Source of the DNA: Ignicoccus islandicus DSM 13165
Lineage (GTDB): Archaea; Thermoproteota; Thermoprotei_A; Sulfolobales; Ignicoccaceae
Assembly (NCBI RefSeq): GCF_001481685.1
Contig: NZ_CP006867.1
Coordinates: 120,001 to 152,000 of the forward strand
Length of the DNA: 32,000 nucleotides
Direction: 5' to 3'
Shown here: piece after piece, positions 17,076 through 27,240 of the stretch
Position numbering within the stretch: the stretch's first letter is position 1
How the letters are laid out: each line of letters starts with the position of its first letter
The notes under the pieces: generated by a model
Database searches by the model: none
What the model was told of the DNA's origin: nothing
The model's input: the letters and a program-made list of their open reading frames with translations, nothing else
Program-made: the position numbers and the translations under genes

Positions 17076-18251
17076 GTGAGCTCGTTGAGTGAGAAGACTA
17101 CTATTAGCGTTATTAAAGCGGATATAGGTTCTCTTGCTGGTCACCATACCGTTCACCCAGATTGTATGGCGGCCGCCTCGCGAGTATTGGCCGAAGGTAA
17201 GAGGGAAGGCGTAATAGAGGACTTCTACGTAACTCACGTCGGTGACGACCTAGTCCTCATCATGACTCATAGGAAAGGTAAGGACAATAAGGACGTTCAC
17301 ACCCTAGCGTGGAACGCTTTCAAGGAAGCCACGAAGGTATCTAAGGAACTGGGCCTATACGCAGCCGGTCAAGACTTGCTAAGCGACGCCTTCTCCGGTA
17401 ACGTTAGAGGCTTGGGTCCAGCGGCGGCTGAAATGGAGATAGTAGAGAGACCCAGCGAACCTATCGTAATATTCGCTGCTGACAAGACAGAGCCTGGCGC
17501 GTTCAACCTACCTTTATTCAGGATATTTGCGGATCCCTTCAACACTGCTGGTCTAGTAATAGACCCCAGGTTACACATAGGCTTCACCTTCGAAGTGGTT
17601 GACGTATTCGAAGACAAAGGAGTACACATGAACAGCCCCGAAGAAATGTACGATATCCTCGCGCTCATCGGAACTCCCTCTAGGTACGTAATTAGAAGAG
17701 TTTTCCGTAAGGACGATGGTAGAATAGCTGCTGTAGTGGCCGTTGAAAGGCTCAACCTCATCGCAGGAAAGTACGTAGGAAAGGATGACCCCGTCATGAT
17801 AGTAAGAGCGCAGAGCGGATTCCCCGCCGTGGGCGAAATCCTAGAGCCCTTCGCCTTCCCCCACATGGTGGCTGGATGGATGAGGGGATCCCACTTCGGT
17901 CCTCTAATGCCCGTTCCAGTAAGGGACGCTAGGCCCACGAGGTTCGATGGACCGCCAAGGGTAATAGCCCTCGGATTCCAAGTTAAGGACGCTAAGCTAA
18001 TCGGTCCAAGCGACTTATTCGATGACCCAGCCTTCGATAAGGCTAGGCAAGTGGCCAACGAAGTTACCGATTACATAAGGAGGCACGGCCCCTTCATGCC
18101 TCACCGTCTAGATCCCAGTGAAATGGAGTACACTACCTTACCTCAGGTACTAGAGAAGCTTAAGGACAGGTTTAAGCCAGTAAAGGACCTACCCGAGCCC
18201 AAGATTAAACACAGCGAGATGCTAAGCGGGACCGAAGAAGCCCACGACTAA
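17076..18251 (+). CDS. fbp: Fructose-1,6-bisphosphate aldolase/phosphatase (class V FBPase)
   Basis: Family-diagnostic sequence runs through the whole ORF: TTISVIKADIGSLAGHH, GLYAAGQDLLSDAFSGNVRGLGP, ADKTEPGAFNLP, GKYVGKDDPVMIVR, GWMRGSHFGPLMPV, PHRLDPSEMEYTTLP. Start is GTG 17076 or TTG 17085. Confidence 0.95.
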   Translation: MSSLSEKTTISVIKADIGSLAGHHTVHPDCMAAASRVLAEGKREGVIEDFYVTHVGDDLVLIMTHRKGKDNKDVHTLAWNAFKEATKVSKELGLYAAGQDLLSDAFSGNVRGLGPAAAEMEIVERPSEPIVIFAADKTEPGAFNLPLFRIFADPFNTAGLVIDPRLHIGFTFEVVDVFEDKGVHMNSPEEMYDILALIGTPSRYVIRRVFRKDDGRIAAVVAVERLNLIAGKYVGKDDPVMIVRAQSGFPAVGEILEPFAFPHMVAGWMRGSHFGPLMPVPVRDARPTRFDGPPRVIALGFQVKDAKLIGPSDLFDDPAFDKARQVANEVTDYIRRHGPFMPHRLDPSEMEYTTLPQVLEKLKDRFKPVKDLPEPKIKHSEMLSGTEEAHD

Positions 18252-18252
18252 A

Positions 18253-18268
18253 TTTTTTATTTCTGTTT
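18253..18268 (+). terminator. Oligo-T tract after fbp
   Basis: TTTTTTATTTCTGTTT begins 2 nt after the fbp stop codon. Archaeal termination commonly uses T-runs. Confidence 0.3.
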
Positions 18269-18917
18269 GATCCAGACCCCTCTAGGTTTCGAAATGCTCA
18301 GGGGAGATTACAAGGAGATTGCTCTTAGAACGATTCTGGTAACCCCCAGCGGAGCCTTCAGTCCGGGTCTCCTTAGCGCGGCAGCAGTAGCCGTTGGAAC
18401 TTCGCTAGGGCCCGTAGGGGGACTTATAGTCAGTACTGGTCACGTCGCCTTCGAGCTGCCTTACGTTTTCGTTTTAAGTAAGCTAATGGGGAAACTCAAA
18501 CCGGTAATAAGACGACTAGAGAAGCCGCTTTCGTTAATTGTACTAGCTTTCTCGTTGTTCTTCGCGTGGGGATTGATTCAAGGAGGTTCGGCTCAAAGCA
18601 ACGTAAGCGTAAGCGACGCTTTCCTTGCAGGATTCGTGTTCACCGCGTCCAACGTATACTTCCTATTGTGGTGGGCAACGATAGGCCTGCCTCTCGTAGA
18701 ACTAACTGAAGGAAGGATAGATAAATTCCTAGTTATGTACAGTTCGCACGCTTGGCTTGACTACCTATGGTTGGGATTGCTAGCTGGGATAGGGAACGTG
18801 TCCAACTTATTGGGACCCTATCAAATAGCGTTTAACGCGACTCTAGCTGCATTGCTAGTGATCTTTGCCCTAGATATAACCCTACGAAGCTTCTTTGGGA
18901 AATCGTTACTTCCTTAA
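18267..18917 (+). CDS. Polytopic membrane protein, possibly a LysE/RhtB-type exporter
   Basis: About 6 TM helices. The N-terminal region FSPGLLSAAAVAVGTSLGPVGG is reminiscent of the LysE-family sPGP...G motif. An alternative ATG start is at 18294. Confidence 0.4.
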   Translation: MIQTPLGFEMLRGDYKEIALRTILVTPSGAFSPGLLSAAAVAVGTSLGPVGGLIVSTGHVAFELPYVFVLSKLMGKLKPVIRRLEKPLSLIVLAFSLFFAWGLIQGGSAQSNVSVSDAFLAGFVFTASNVYFLLWWATIGLPLVELTEGRIDKFLVMYSSHAWLDYLWLGLLAGIGNVSNLLGPYQIAFNATLAALLVIFALDITLRSFFGKSLLP

Positions 18918-19829
18918 AACTTCGTCTATTACGACGTTCATTAACCTATTCAACAACCTTAGGCTTCTGACCTTGGAAGGGTCTCTCGAAACGGCCGCGG
19001 AACTCACTAATCCCTTCGTGCTCTGATCGTACAGGGCTGCATCGAAAGGCAATATTGCAACGACCTTAGCTCCTAGGCTGTTCTGAAGTTTCTTAGCTTC
19101 GAGCAATATTTTCTTGCTTTCTTGCGGGTTAGCGAGCATCGCTGGCGGAACCTTGTTTACCACTAAGGCTAGTATTTTCCCAGGGAACAACGTTTTCGCT
19201 AAATACTCAGTTTGCTGGAAGCTTTGCGGTAAGTGATCGACCACTACTATGAGCCACTTGGAGGTTACGTCAACTATTTCCTTGAACGCGTTTAAGCCCA
19301 TCCACGAGGGCACTTGGAAGTCGTTTATGAGTATCTCACCGGCGGTGGCCATGTGCTTGGCTAGCAAGTTAGCCCTCTCGTCCCTTTCCGGATAGTTTGG
19401 CTTACCTAGCGCCTCCAGTATTTTGTCCGTTACTGCGCCGTAGCTCCTAGTAGGTGGTGAAAGGAATATAGAGAGAGGCCTACCTCCTTCTTCCCTCTTT
19501 ACCTTTACTTTAATGACGGCCTTTACTGGATCGTTTCCGCAATCACCGGCTACGAAGTCCCAAGCACCGCAATCCACGTTCCAGTCGCTTCCCAGAATTC
19601 TCAACGTAGCTCTCGCGTTGTATGGGTCCCAATCTATAAGAGATGGAAACACGCCTTTTCTAGCAACTAAGAAACTCATTTCTATCGCTATTGCCGTTTT
19701 CCCTACTCCTCCCTTGAAACCGACTATACCGATGCTATTTGGAGGCGGTTCCAATTTCTTAGTGCCTTCCTTGCTCTTTCTCTTGAAAAGCGGCATTTCA
19801 CTACTACCGAGTAGTTGAAGCAGTTCCAT
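18906..19829 (-). CDS. ParA/MinD-superfamily P-loop ATPase
   Basis: Deviant Walker A GFKGGVGKTAIA and Walker B-like WLIVVVDH. A basic N-terminal extension (FKRKSKEGTKK) is present. The gene lies 14 nt downstream of the methylthiotransferase gene. Confidence 0.75.
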   Translation of the reverse strand: MELLQLLGSSEMPLFKRKSKEGTKKLEPPPNSIGIVGFKGGVGKTAIAIEMSFLVARKGVFPSLIDWDPYNARATLRILGSDWNVDCGAWDFVAGDCGNDPVKAVIKVKVKREEGGRPLSIFLSPPTRSYGAVTDKILEALGKPNYPERDERANLLAKHMATAGEILINDFQVPSWMGLNAFKEIVDVTSKWLIVVVDHLPQSFQQTEYLAKTLFPGKILALVVNKVPPAMLANPQESKKILLEAKKLQNSLGAKVVAILPFDAALYDQSTKGLVSSAAVSRDPSKVRSLRLLNRLMNVVIDEVLRK

Positions 19830-19843
19830 ATTTATTTACGTTT

Positions 19844-21097
19844 TTAAGAAACGATCGCGTACCCTCTTAGGTCGTAAAAAGTATAGTCAGTAATCTTCGC
19901 TTTCGCGTTCTCACCCAGCTTCCCGTTCTCCAAAACGACTGGTATGTAATTGTTCATTCTTCCTACGAACGTTCCATGCTTCTCGTCGTACTCATCAATG
20001 AATACTTCCACTATCTTATCGAGGTATTTCCTATGCACCTCTTCGCCTACTTTAATCATGACGTCGTAAACCTCCTTGACCCTCCTAGACTTAACCATTT
20101 CACTTACCTGTTTCATTCTCGCAGCTAAGGTCAAAGGTCGAGGAGTATATGCGGCAATGTGAACTCTTTCGAACTTAAGCTCCTTTAAGGCTTCTATGGT
20201 CATTAAGTGATCTTCGTCGGTTTCATTGGGAAATCCTACGAGGATATCGGTCGCTATGCTGGGATCACCGAACTTCCCCCTAACCTCCTTTACTATTGAC
20301 TTATATTGGTCATAAGTGTACTTCCTTCCCATGAGTTTCAGTAATTTGTCGCTCGCGCTCTGTAAGGGTAAGTGAAAGAACTTGAAAACCCTCTCGTCCT
20401 TCATGATATCCATTAGCTCATCCATAATCTCTTCAAACGTATCTGGATTCATCATACCCACCCTTACTTTCACGCCTTCTGGAAGGTTCTCCAACAACTC
20501 TTCTAGGAGGTTCGCCAAGTTAGTACCGAGATCTCTACCGTAAGCGGCAGCGTCCGGCGCGGTTAACCATATTTCCTTTGAACCTCTCTCAACTGCTTCG
20601 AGAGCGTATCTAATCACGCTTTCCGGTCTTTGACTCTTAAGAACGGGTCTGGCTACCTTGGTTATACAGAAGGTGCAATTGCCCAAGCATCCATCTGCTA
20701 TAGGGATAACAGTAACGAACTTGCCTAGGGGTCCCTTAAGCCAATTTTCAGGTCTTTCGTAACCGAGTAGATTTCTACCATAGAGTATGGCCTCGGTTAT
20801 TCGATGCATCATGCCGTTACTTACTACTACTGCTTTCGGTGAGAACGCCTTTATCAAACCGGGTTGGGCGGAAGCCAAGCAGCCGGTTACAATTACCCTC
20901 TCGTACCTCCTAGAAAGCTCCTTAATTCTAGCTATCATTCTCTGTTCCGTTTCGCTTCTAACTGTGCAAGTGAATACGAGCGCTACGTCGCCCTCTTCGT
21001 TGCTCACTTCAAAGCCATTCTCGACTAGATCGCTTAGGACCCTTTCAGCTTCTCCCCTCATTACGGCGCAACCGTAGATTTCGTAGTATACCTTCAT
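19844..21097 (-). CDS. Radical-SAM methylthiotransferase (MiaB/MtaB-CDKAL1 family, tRNA modification)
   Basis: N-terminal MTTase domain (YEIYGCAVMRGE...TCTVR...GCLA), radical-SAM CX3CX2C motif (CLGNCTFC) and a C-terminal TRAM-like domain. Confidence 0.85.
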   Translation of the reverse strand: MKVYYEIYGCAVMRGEAERVLSDLVENGFEVSNEEGDVALVFTCTVRSETEQRMIARIKELSRRYERVIVTGCLASAQPGLIKAFSPKAVVVSNGMMHRITEAILYGRNLLGYERPENWLKGPLGKFVTVIPIADGCLGNCTFCITKVARPVLKSQRPESVIRYALEAVERGSKEIWLTAPDAAAYGRDLGTNLANLLEELLENLPEGVKVRVGMMNPDTFEEIMDELMDIMKDERVFKFFHLPLQSASDKLLKLMGRKYTYDQYKSIVKEVRGKFGDPSIATDILVGFPNETDEDHLMTIEALKELKFERVHIAAYTPRPLTLAARMKQVSEMVKSRRVKEVYDVMIKVGEEVHRKYLDKIVEVFIDEYDEKHGTFVGRMNNYIPVVLENGKLGENAKAKITDYTFYDLRGYAIVS

Positions 21098-21223
21098 ACC
21101 CGTTCACCGAAAGCGTTCGAATTTCCTATTCGCTCCCTTTGGTACGCTTCAACAAATAAGTTTAGAGTTGGGGTAATCTTTTTACGAAGGACTCGATAGC
21201 CGCAACGGACGAAGGCGAAGAGA

Positions 21224-22297
21224 TTGAGGCCAGTACACGAGATAGACTTAATGAAGAAAGTCGTGGTGGGTAGGGGGGTAAGAAGCAAGCTTCCGGAGGT
21301 GCTCAAGGAACTAGGTAATTACAAGGAAGTAGCCATAGTGAGCGGACCACACGTAGCGTCCACGTGGGGCAAAGAAATAAAGGAAATACTTGAGGACGGG
21401 GGATTCGACGTTCACATAGTGATTGTAAGAAGACCTACCAAGGACGACGCTGAAGCTGCATACGAGGAAGTCAAGACTACGGGTTCCGACGTAGTAGTTG
21501 GCGTCGGAGGCGGTAAGGCCATAGATGCGGCTAAGTACGTAGCCCATAAGCTTAACCTCGATGTAGTGAGCTTTCCCACTGCCGCTAGTCACGACGGCAT
21601 CGCTTCGCCGTTCTCGTCCCTAAGAGGGATGAACGGGCCTACGAGCGTTAAGACGGTTGCGCCAATAGCTATAGTAGCCGATACAGAGGTCATTGTAAAA
21701 GCACCCAGGGAATTGAATCTAGCTGGTGTTGGGGACCTATTAGGGAAATTCTCTGCAGTAAAAGACTGGAGGCTTGCCCACAAGCTGAAGGGCGAGTACT
21801 ACGGCTCGTACGCGGCGTCCCTCTCGCTAATGAGCGCGAAACACGTCCTGAAGTACTTGACTGCGCTTAAGCGAATGGACGAAATGGGCGTTAGAATACT
21901 GGTTGAGGGCCTAATTTCATCGGGAGTGGCCATGTGTATAGCCGGTTCGTCCAGGCCAGCTAGCGGCAGCGAGCACTTGTTCTCCCACGCACTTGATATA
22001 GTTGCGAACTATCCGGCTAGGCACGGCGAACAAGTGGCCATTGGAAGCGTTATGATGCTTTACCTATACGATTCGAAGTATTGGAAGAAAGTGAGGAAAG
22101 CCATAGAAGTGTTGGGCTTACCGAGGAACGCTAAGGAACTAGGCGTCTCTGAAGACAAAATAATAGAAGCGTTGCTAATCGCCCATAAGATACGGCCTGA
22201 GAGATATACTATTCTCGGCGAAGAAGGTCTAACAAGGGAAGCAGCCGAGAACTTAGCTAGAAGGACTGGAGTAATAGGGGACGAACCGGAAGAATGA
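21224..22297 (+). CDS. egsA: sn-Glycerol-1-phosphate dehydrogenase (archaeal lipid backbone synthesis)
   Basis: Fe/Zn-ADH fold motifs [24 protein letters not shown] and [12 protein letters not shown]. Size and pattern are typical of archaeal G1PDH. TTG start. Confidence 0.85.
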   Translation: MRPVHEIDLMKKVVVGRGVRSKLPEVLKELGNYKEVAIVSGPHVASTWGKEIKEILEDGGFDVHIVIVRRPTKDDAEAAYEEVKTTGSDVVVGVGGGKAIDAAKYVAHKLNLDVVSFPTAASHDGIASPFSSLRGMNGPTSVKTVAPIAIVADTEVIVKAPRELNLAGVGDLLGKFSAVKDWRLAHKLKGEYYGSYAASLSLMSAKHVLKYLTALKRMDEMGVRILVEGLISSGVAMCIAGSSRPASGSEHLFSHALDIVANYPARHGEQVAIGSVMMLYLYDSKYWKKVRKAIEVLGLPRNAKELGVSEDKIIEALLIAHKIRPERYTILGEEGLTREAAENLARRTGVIGDEPEE

Positions 22298-23067
22298 AAC
22301 GATGGATCTTGAAGTGGCGCGAGATCGGTGGCGAAAAGGTATCAGCTATAGGTTTAGGCTCATGGGACGTAAGGAACCCAAAGGCTTTCTTGGAAGTTTT
22401 GTTAGAGGCCTTCTCGCGTGGAGTTAACTTGGTAGACACTGCTGAAATGTACAAAACGGAACCTATAATAGGGGAAGCGCTCGCTGCCTATGGAGACAAG
22501 GACTCGATTTTCGTCACGACGAAGCTCTATCCATGGCATTTGAAGGACGAAGAGGAATGCTTCAAAGCGTTGGAAAGACAAAGGGAGAGGTTGGGGAAGG
22601 TTCCGGATCTCACGCTCGTTCACTGGCCTGAAGACATCGCGACCGAGGTTAGAGTGCTGGAAAAGGCGGCTGAGAAGGGTTTGACCAGAATGATAGGCGT
22701 GTCCAACGTAAACAAGGAGCAACTAGAGGTTGCCCTAAGTTCAACTAAGAAACACCCTATAGTAGCCGTTCAAAATAAATACTCATACACCTTCAGGAGG
22801 ACGGAGGAACTCATTCCAATTCTCGAGGAAAGAAACATCGCCCTCCAGGCTCACACTCCATTGGATAAAGGCAAGTTTCCTCGGAACCTCCTAGAAGTCG
22901 CTAGCGAAGTGCAGTTACCGCCAGCAACGGTAGCTCTCCTCTTCCTACTCTCTAGATCTAAAGTTGTTATACCGATACCAAAGACAGAGAACAAGAAGCA
23001 TCTAGAGGAGATATTGCTTGCTTTAGAGACGGAACTACCCGAAGAGGCCTTGAGGAAGCTAGAATGA
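22294..23067 (+). CDS. Aldo/keto reductase
   Basis: AKR pattern: GLGSW, VDTAEMY, LVHWP, IGVSN. The start overlaps the egsA stop (ATGA). Confidence 0.8.
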   Translation: MKRWILKWREIGGEKVSAIGLGSWDVRNPKAFLEVLLEAFSRGVNLVDTAEMYKTEPIIGEALAAYGDKDSIFVTTKLYPWHLKDEEECFKALERQRERLGKVPDLTLVHWPEDIATEVRVLEKAAEKGLTRMIGVSNVNKEQLEVALSSTKKHPIVAVQNKYSYTFRRTEELIPILEERNIALQAHTPLDKGKFPRNLLEVASEVQLPPATVALLFLLSRSKVVIPIPKTENKKHLEEILLALETELPEEALRKLE

Positions 23068-23589
23068 AATTCCCTTAACGTACAAATAGAGCGTATGGTA
23101 AGAATGAGCGTCCTCGAACCTCCTAACGACAGTAGGTTTCCAAGAGGCCATAGGAAACTCGTAGCTCACGACCCTAGCGTTTTTAGGTAATTCTTTCTCC
23201 AACCTTCTCCTTATGGCTTCCATTAAGTCCGGCAATAGGAACATGGTAACTACAGTAGGTTCAACGAAGCTGACGTTCAATACGTTCCCGTGTATTATAG
23301 TCACTCTTCCCTCTAGTCCTCTCTTCTTCACCTCTTCTCTGGAAATTTCAACTAACTCCCTCCTTATTTCAATTCCAACAGCCTTTTTCACGCCGAACTC
23401 CTCTACGGCAATTATTAACACCCTCCCGTCTCCGGAGCCTAGGTCATATAGGACGTCGTCTCTTCCCGCCTTCGCTAGCTTCAACATTTCCCTAACTACG
23501 TGATGAGGAGTAGGGACGTAGGGGACATCGAAACCCAGTTCCGGGAAGAAAGGTATCTTGAACTGTTCCAAATAGGTCCTCCTACTCAA
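23059..23589 (-). CDS. Class I SAM-dependent methyltransferase resembling crenarchaeal protein-lysine methyltransferase aKMT
   Basis: VPYVPTPHHVVREML, SAM motif I VLYDLGSGDGRVLI, KKAVGIEI, TVVTMFLL, RVVSYEF, HTLYLYV. These match, from memory, the small Dot1-like aKMT family of Sulfolobales. Confidence 0.65.
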   Translation of the reverse strand: MSRRTYLEQFKIPFFPELGFDVPYVPTPHHVVREMLKLAKAGRDDVLYDLGSGDGRVLIIAVEEFGVKKAVGIEIRRELVEISREEVKKRGLEGRVTIIHGNVLNVSFVEPTVVTMFLLPDLMEAIRRRLEKELPKNARVVSYEFPMASWKPTVVRRFEDAHSYHTLYLYVKGISF

Positions 23590-23617
23590 CGCTCGAGGTA
23601 GAACCAGATAAGCTTTC

Positions 23618-26335
23618 TCACCAGAACCTCTTAGTTTTCAAGTAGACTTTTTCTGCCTTTATTATTGCGTCTATTAAGTCTTCCCTGCCGGTTACCCATC
23701 TTTCCAAGACCTTTGACGCTGTAGTTGCGCCTATGCCCCTTCCCGCTAAGGCCATTAGGGCGTTCCTTCCGTACAACGCCACCAAATTGGCCCTCTTCCT
23801 TGCCTCTTCCATTAGTTTCCTCTCGTCTCTCTTGAGCCTCTCACCCCGAGTAAACTTCGTTACTGCCGCTCTCAGCTCCTCCTCTGGGCGGAAGACCGGT
23901 ATCACTACCTTTGCTCCGCAACTGGGACACGTTAATGGTACGTCGGCTACTTTGCCTTCCCATTTCCTGCCGCAGAGTAAGCAATACATTTCCACGTCCT
24001 TTTTCTGAAGCCTTAATTTTACAGCCTCCTTGACGACGGACTTCGTATCGCTTACGTGGTCCTTGGCGTAAGCTTGGCCCTCTACCGCCCATCTGCTCTG
24101 AGCAGATAGCCCGACCTTCGTTACTATTTCATACGAATCTAATTCGCTTACTAGCTCCTTCGCTTTTTCTAAATCGATCTTTTCCGTAAGTATTTCCCTT
24201 ATGGCTTCTCTACCAGGTACCTCGTTCAGATAGGTTCTCCTTAGGCTCTTCTCGACTTTCCTTAACTCATCCAGACTCACCGTATTCCTATTTAATAACC
24301 CCATTCTAACCAACACCTTCATTAGCCTCCATGAGAACAGCTTCGACGTCTTTACGGCGCTCAATACTAGTTCCTCTATATCGAAATTCTTTAAAGAAAG
24401 CAATAGGTCCTTGGCTTCGTAAGGCGTCACCCTTGAGTTAACGAATATCATTACGTGGTAGGGCGTCGTATTGAAGGACGCCGATCCATACCTAAGCCTC
24501 GCTAACTCGCTTAACGCGTAAGCTAAGGCTAGGTTAACCTTACTTCCTCCATGCACGTTATAGACAATCAAGTTCCCCTCTACTTCTATCACTATTCTCT
24601 TATCGGTTGCAATGGGTGCGTTAATTTCGTTTAAGTAACTCCTTAACCTTTGGACGCTTTCGCGCGTTAATGGGTACGAACTTATCATCTTATCGAAGTT
24701 CCTCTTTAGCGCGCCGACTTCCCTTGCGATCTCGTATTCAACTGGTATCAGCTCCCCCTCCCAACAAGGAGGGGGTCCCTCACCGGAAGATTCCTCTACG
24801 TAAACGACTTCCCCTTCTATCCCAACTACTTTCCAGACCTTCCCTCCTAGAACGAACCTATCTCCCACGTTTAATTCCACTACGAACTCTTCATCGAGGG
24901 TTCCTACGAAGTGATTAGTTCCGTAAACCAATGCCTTGTATCTCTTGCTCTCCACTATAGGTCCAGTAGTCCTGTAGTATATTTCCCCCTTCTTCCTAGC
25001 TTTACACTTCCCTTCGGGATCGCATTCAATTAATCGGCTTTCCAACAACAAGTCAACTGTCTCTTCGAAGTCCCTCCTACTTAAGTTCCAATATGGAAAG
25101 GCTCTCCTTACTATATCGTATACCTCGTCCTTGCTCCTGGGCTCTTCCATAAGTATACCTACTATCTGATGAGCTAGCACGTCCAAGGGATTTAGGTGCA
25201 CGCTGAGCTTCTCTAAATTTCCCGATTGGGCCCTCCTTGCTATTACCACTGCCTCGAACGCCTCGTAGGGCTTCAAACCAGTTACGAGCGCCCCTTTGGG
25301 TCTCTCGTTCGGTTTGTGTTCAGCTCTACCGATCCTCTGCACCAAATTGGTGGCTCTTCTCGGAGAAGTAAATTGGATAACGTACTTGATTTGACCTATA
25401 TCTATTCCGAGTTCCAAGGAGGAAGTCGCCACTAACGCCTTCAACTTGCCTTCTCTAGCCGACTTTTCCGCCTCTTCCCTCTCTTTCTTTGATAGAGATC
25501 CGTGATGGACGGCAACGCCATCGAACTCTTCTCTAAGCCTCTTGCCTAGGACTTCAGCTGTATCTCTAGTATTGGTGAAGATTAGAACCGTACCATCAGT
25601 TCCAATTACTAGGTTCCTCAATCTATTTACCATCTCTTCAAAGTTCTCTTCAACGAAGACGCTTATTTCGGGTCTCTTCTCTCGTTCGTCCCTTACCTCA
25701 ACAACGTATCTACCGCTACCTAGGAACTTCTTGGCTAAGTCTATTTGAGAAATAGTTGCGCTTATGCCTAATCTCTGAAAGCTCGACAAGAGCGACAGCC
25801 TCTCGAGCGCTACTGAGAGCTCTACGCCCCTCTTGTCTTCAATTACCTCATGGAGCTCATCAACGATGACGAACTTGACGTTTCGCAGCCTCTCCCTCAT
25901 TTTCTTATTAACTAAGAGTATGTTAAGGCTTTCCGGCGTCGTTACCAGGACCTCCGGTGGCTTAGCGAGTATCTTCCTCCTCTTACTTTGAGGCGTATCT
26001 CCGTGCCATACGTCTACCTCTATTCCGACCTCCTTCAAGAGTTCGAACGCCCTAAGCCCTATGTCTCTATTGAGCGCTCTGAGGGGCGTTACGTATAGGA
26101 CGCGTAGCTCGCCATACAGACTCTTTTCAATTATTTGGGACGCAACTGGTAAGAGAGCGGCTTCCGTCTTACCGCTTCCAGTTGGTGCCATTATCAGTGT
26201 GTTGAAACCTCTTCGTATCACCGGTATCGCCTTCTCTTGAATGGGCGTTGGCTTCTCGATCCCCCTCCTCTTGAGCGCTTCCCTTAGCGCTTCCGGCAGT
26301 TCGTCGAAGACGTTCGTAGCACCCCTCATATTCAA
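23618..26335 (-). CDS. lhr: Lhr-type large superfamily-2 helicase (DEAD/DEAH box, archaeal Lhr)
   Basis: Walker A MAPTGSGKTEAA, DExH box IVDELHE, motif III SAT, motif VI QRIGRAEH. A long C-terminal extension carries a Zn-ribbon (CLLCG...CPSCG). An alternative ATG start is at 26329. Confidence 0.85.
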   Translation of the reverse strand: MNMRGATNVFDELPEALREALKRRGIEKPTPIQEKAIPVIRRGFNTLIMAPTGSGKTEAALLPVASQIIEKSLYGELRVLYVTPLRALNRDIGLRAFELLKEVGIEVDVWHGDTPQSKRRKILAKPPEVLVTTPESLNILLVNKKMRERLRNVKFVIVDELHEVIEDKRGVELSVALERLSLLSSFQRLGISATISQIDLAKKFLGSGRYVVEVRDEREKRPEISVFVEENFEEMVNRLRNLVIGTDGTVLIFTNTRDTAEVLGKRLREEFDGVAVHHGSLSKKEREEAEKSAREGKLKALVATSSLELGIDIGQIKYVIQFTSPRRATNLVQRIGRAEHKPNERPKGALVTGLKPYEAFEAVVIARRAQSGNLEKLSVHLNPLDVLAHQIVGILMEEPRSKDEVYDIVRRAFPYWNLSRRDFEETVDLLLESRLIECDPEGKCKARKKGEIYYRTTGPIVESKRYKALVYGTNHFVGTLDEEFVVELNVGDRFVLGGKVWKVVGIEGEVVYVEESSGEGPPPCWEGELIPVEYEIAREVGALKRNFDKMISSYPLTRESVQRLRSYLNEINAPIATDKRIVIEVEGNLIVYNVHGGSKVNLALAYALSELARLRYGSASFNTTPYHVMIFVNSRVTPYEAKDLLLSLKNFDIEELVLSAVKTSKLFSWRLMKVLVRMGLLNRNTVSLDELRKVEKSLRRTYLNEVPGREAIREILTEKIDLEKAKELVSELDSYEIVTKVGLSAQSRWAVEGQAYAKDHVSDTKSVVKEAVKLRLQKKDVEMYCLLCGRKWEGKVADVPLTCPSCGAKVVIPVFRPEEELRAAVTKFTRGERLKRDERKLMEEARKRANLVALYGRNALMALAGRGIGATTASKVLERWVTGREDLIDAIIKAEKVYLKTKRFW

Positions 26336-26399
26336 CCTTTCGACTTACCCTATGAGAGGTTAATGAAGTAAGTGCGTTTTACTTTAGCTCACTACATAC

Positions 26400-26411
26400 T
26401 TTATAAATTAA
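26400..26411 (+). promoter_or_regulatory. TATA box upstream of the AGOG gene
   Basis: TTTATAAATTAA is centred about 41 nt upstream of ATG 26446. Confidence 0.5.
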
Positions 26412-26445
26412 TGTTACGAAACTGAAAGACGGGGTTTCAATTTTC

Positions 26446-27240
26446 ATGGATGTGGTAAAAGCACTCACAATATTAAAGAAGTACGTGGACTTGATTGAAG
26501 AGACCGACCCACAGTACAAGGCAATAAAGAAGCTAGTTGACGTCCTTGGGGATAAGGCACTTCCAATAATTGTAGGTAACGCGTTAATTAGTTACAGGTT
26601 AAGTAGCACTGGAGAGCAGTATTGGAACGAGTTGGCAGACTACTTCTCGAAGAACCCTAATAGCACTTTAGAAGAGTTCCTCAAACAAAGCAAGTTCAAT
26701 AGAGCCCTAAGGGAACAGAAACTAAAGAGGCTCAAGAAAGCGGAGGAACTACTGAAGGAGCTCTCCGAGGATCCCTTAAAGTTCTCAGATTTAGATCTCT
26801 TAAGATCGAGGTTAGCTGAAGTATTCAAGTCTAGGGGAACGGAAAAGACCATAGTATTCGCAGCCAAGATGGCCTATTACTTTTATAAGGCTAAGGGTAT
26901 TGAAGTAAAGGGAGACGTTCCATTACCTATAGATCTGAGAATAGCTACCCTCACTTGCACTTCGGGAGTACTATACGATGAACCTGAGAGAATAATGGAA
27001 GTTTTGAGAGAAGAAGCAATGAATAAGTGGAGCGAGATAGCCAAGGAAGCCGGTATCAAGACTTTGCACTTGGACGCAATACTTTGGGTTCCCATGAGGG
27101 GAGTTAGGGAAAAGCTCATGAAACAAGGCGTTGAAGAAGCGCGGGAGAAGTTCAAGTCCAACCTCGAGAGCTTGGGAGTGAAGGAAGCGGAGGAAGTTAG
27201 CAAATTACTAATAGTTAAGCCTTGTCCTTCTTCCACGTAG
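26446..27240 (+). CDS. Archaeal 8-oxoguanine DNA glycosylase/lyase (AGOG family)
   Basis: DPQYKAIKKLV, NALISYRLSSTGEQYW, EKTIVFAAKMAYY, PIDLRIA and LHLDAILW match the Pyrobaculum AGOG pattern (HhH-GPD superfamily). Size is 264 aa. Confidence 0.8.
   Translation: MDVVKALTILKKYVDLIEETDPQYKAIKKLVDVLGDKALPIIVGNALISYRLSSTGEQYWNELADYFSKNPNSTLEEFLKQSKFNRALREQKLKRLKKAEELLKELSEDPLKFSDLDLLRSRLAEVFKSRGTEKTIVFAAKMAYYFYKAKGIEVKGDVPLPIDLRIATLTCTSGVLYDEPERIMEVLREEAMNKWSEIAKEAGIKTLHLDAILWVPMRGVREKLMKQGVEEAREKFKSNLESLGVKEAEEVSKLLIVKPCPSST

Noticed and set aside
17369-18058. 229-aa minus-strand ORF inside fbp, and similar antisense ORFs (for example 11407-11784, 8457-8789, 22402-22722, 26883-27236, 993-1247, 1914-2174)
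   Set aside because: Each is fully embedded antisense to, or out of frame with, a strongly supported conserved gene. Their composition (Ser/Leu/Pro/Thr-rich) is typical of shadow ORFs.
21094-21306. 70-aa minus-strand ORF spanning the MTTase/egsA intergenic region
   Set aside because: It overlaps the starts of both flanking conserved genes, has no motif, and has an odd composition. It is most likely promoter region read as an ORF.
26363-26424. AAUGAAG ... CUGA pair in the lhr/AGOG intergenic region as a C/D-like element
   Set aside because: The C box lacks the GA needed for the k-turn, and the element encloses the AGOG TATA box. It is better explained as promoter sequence.
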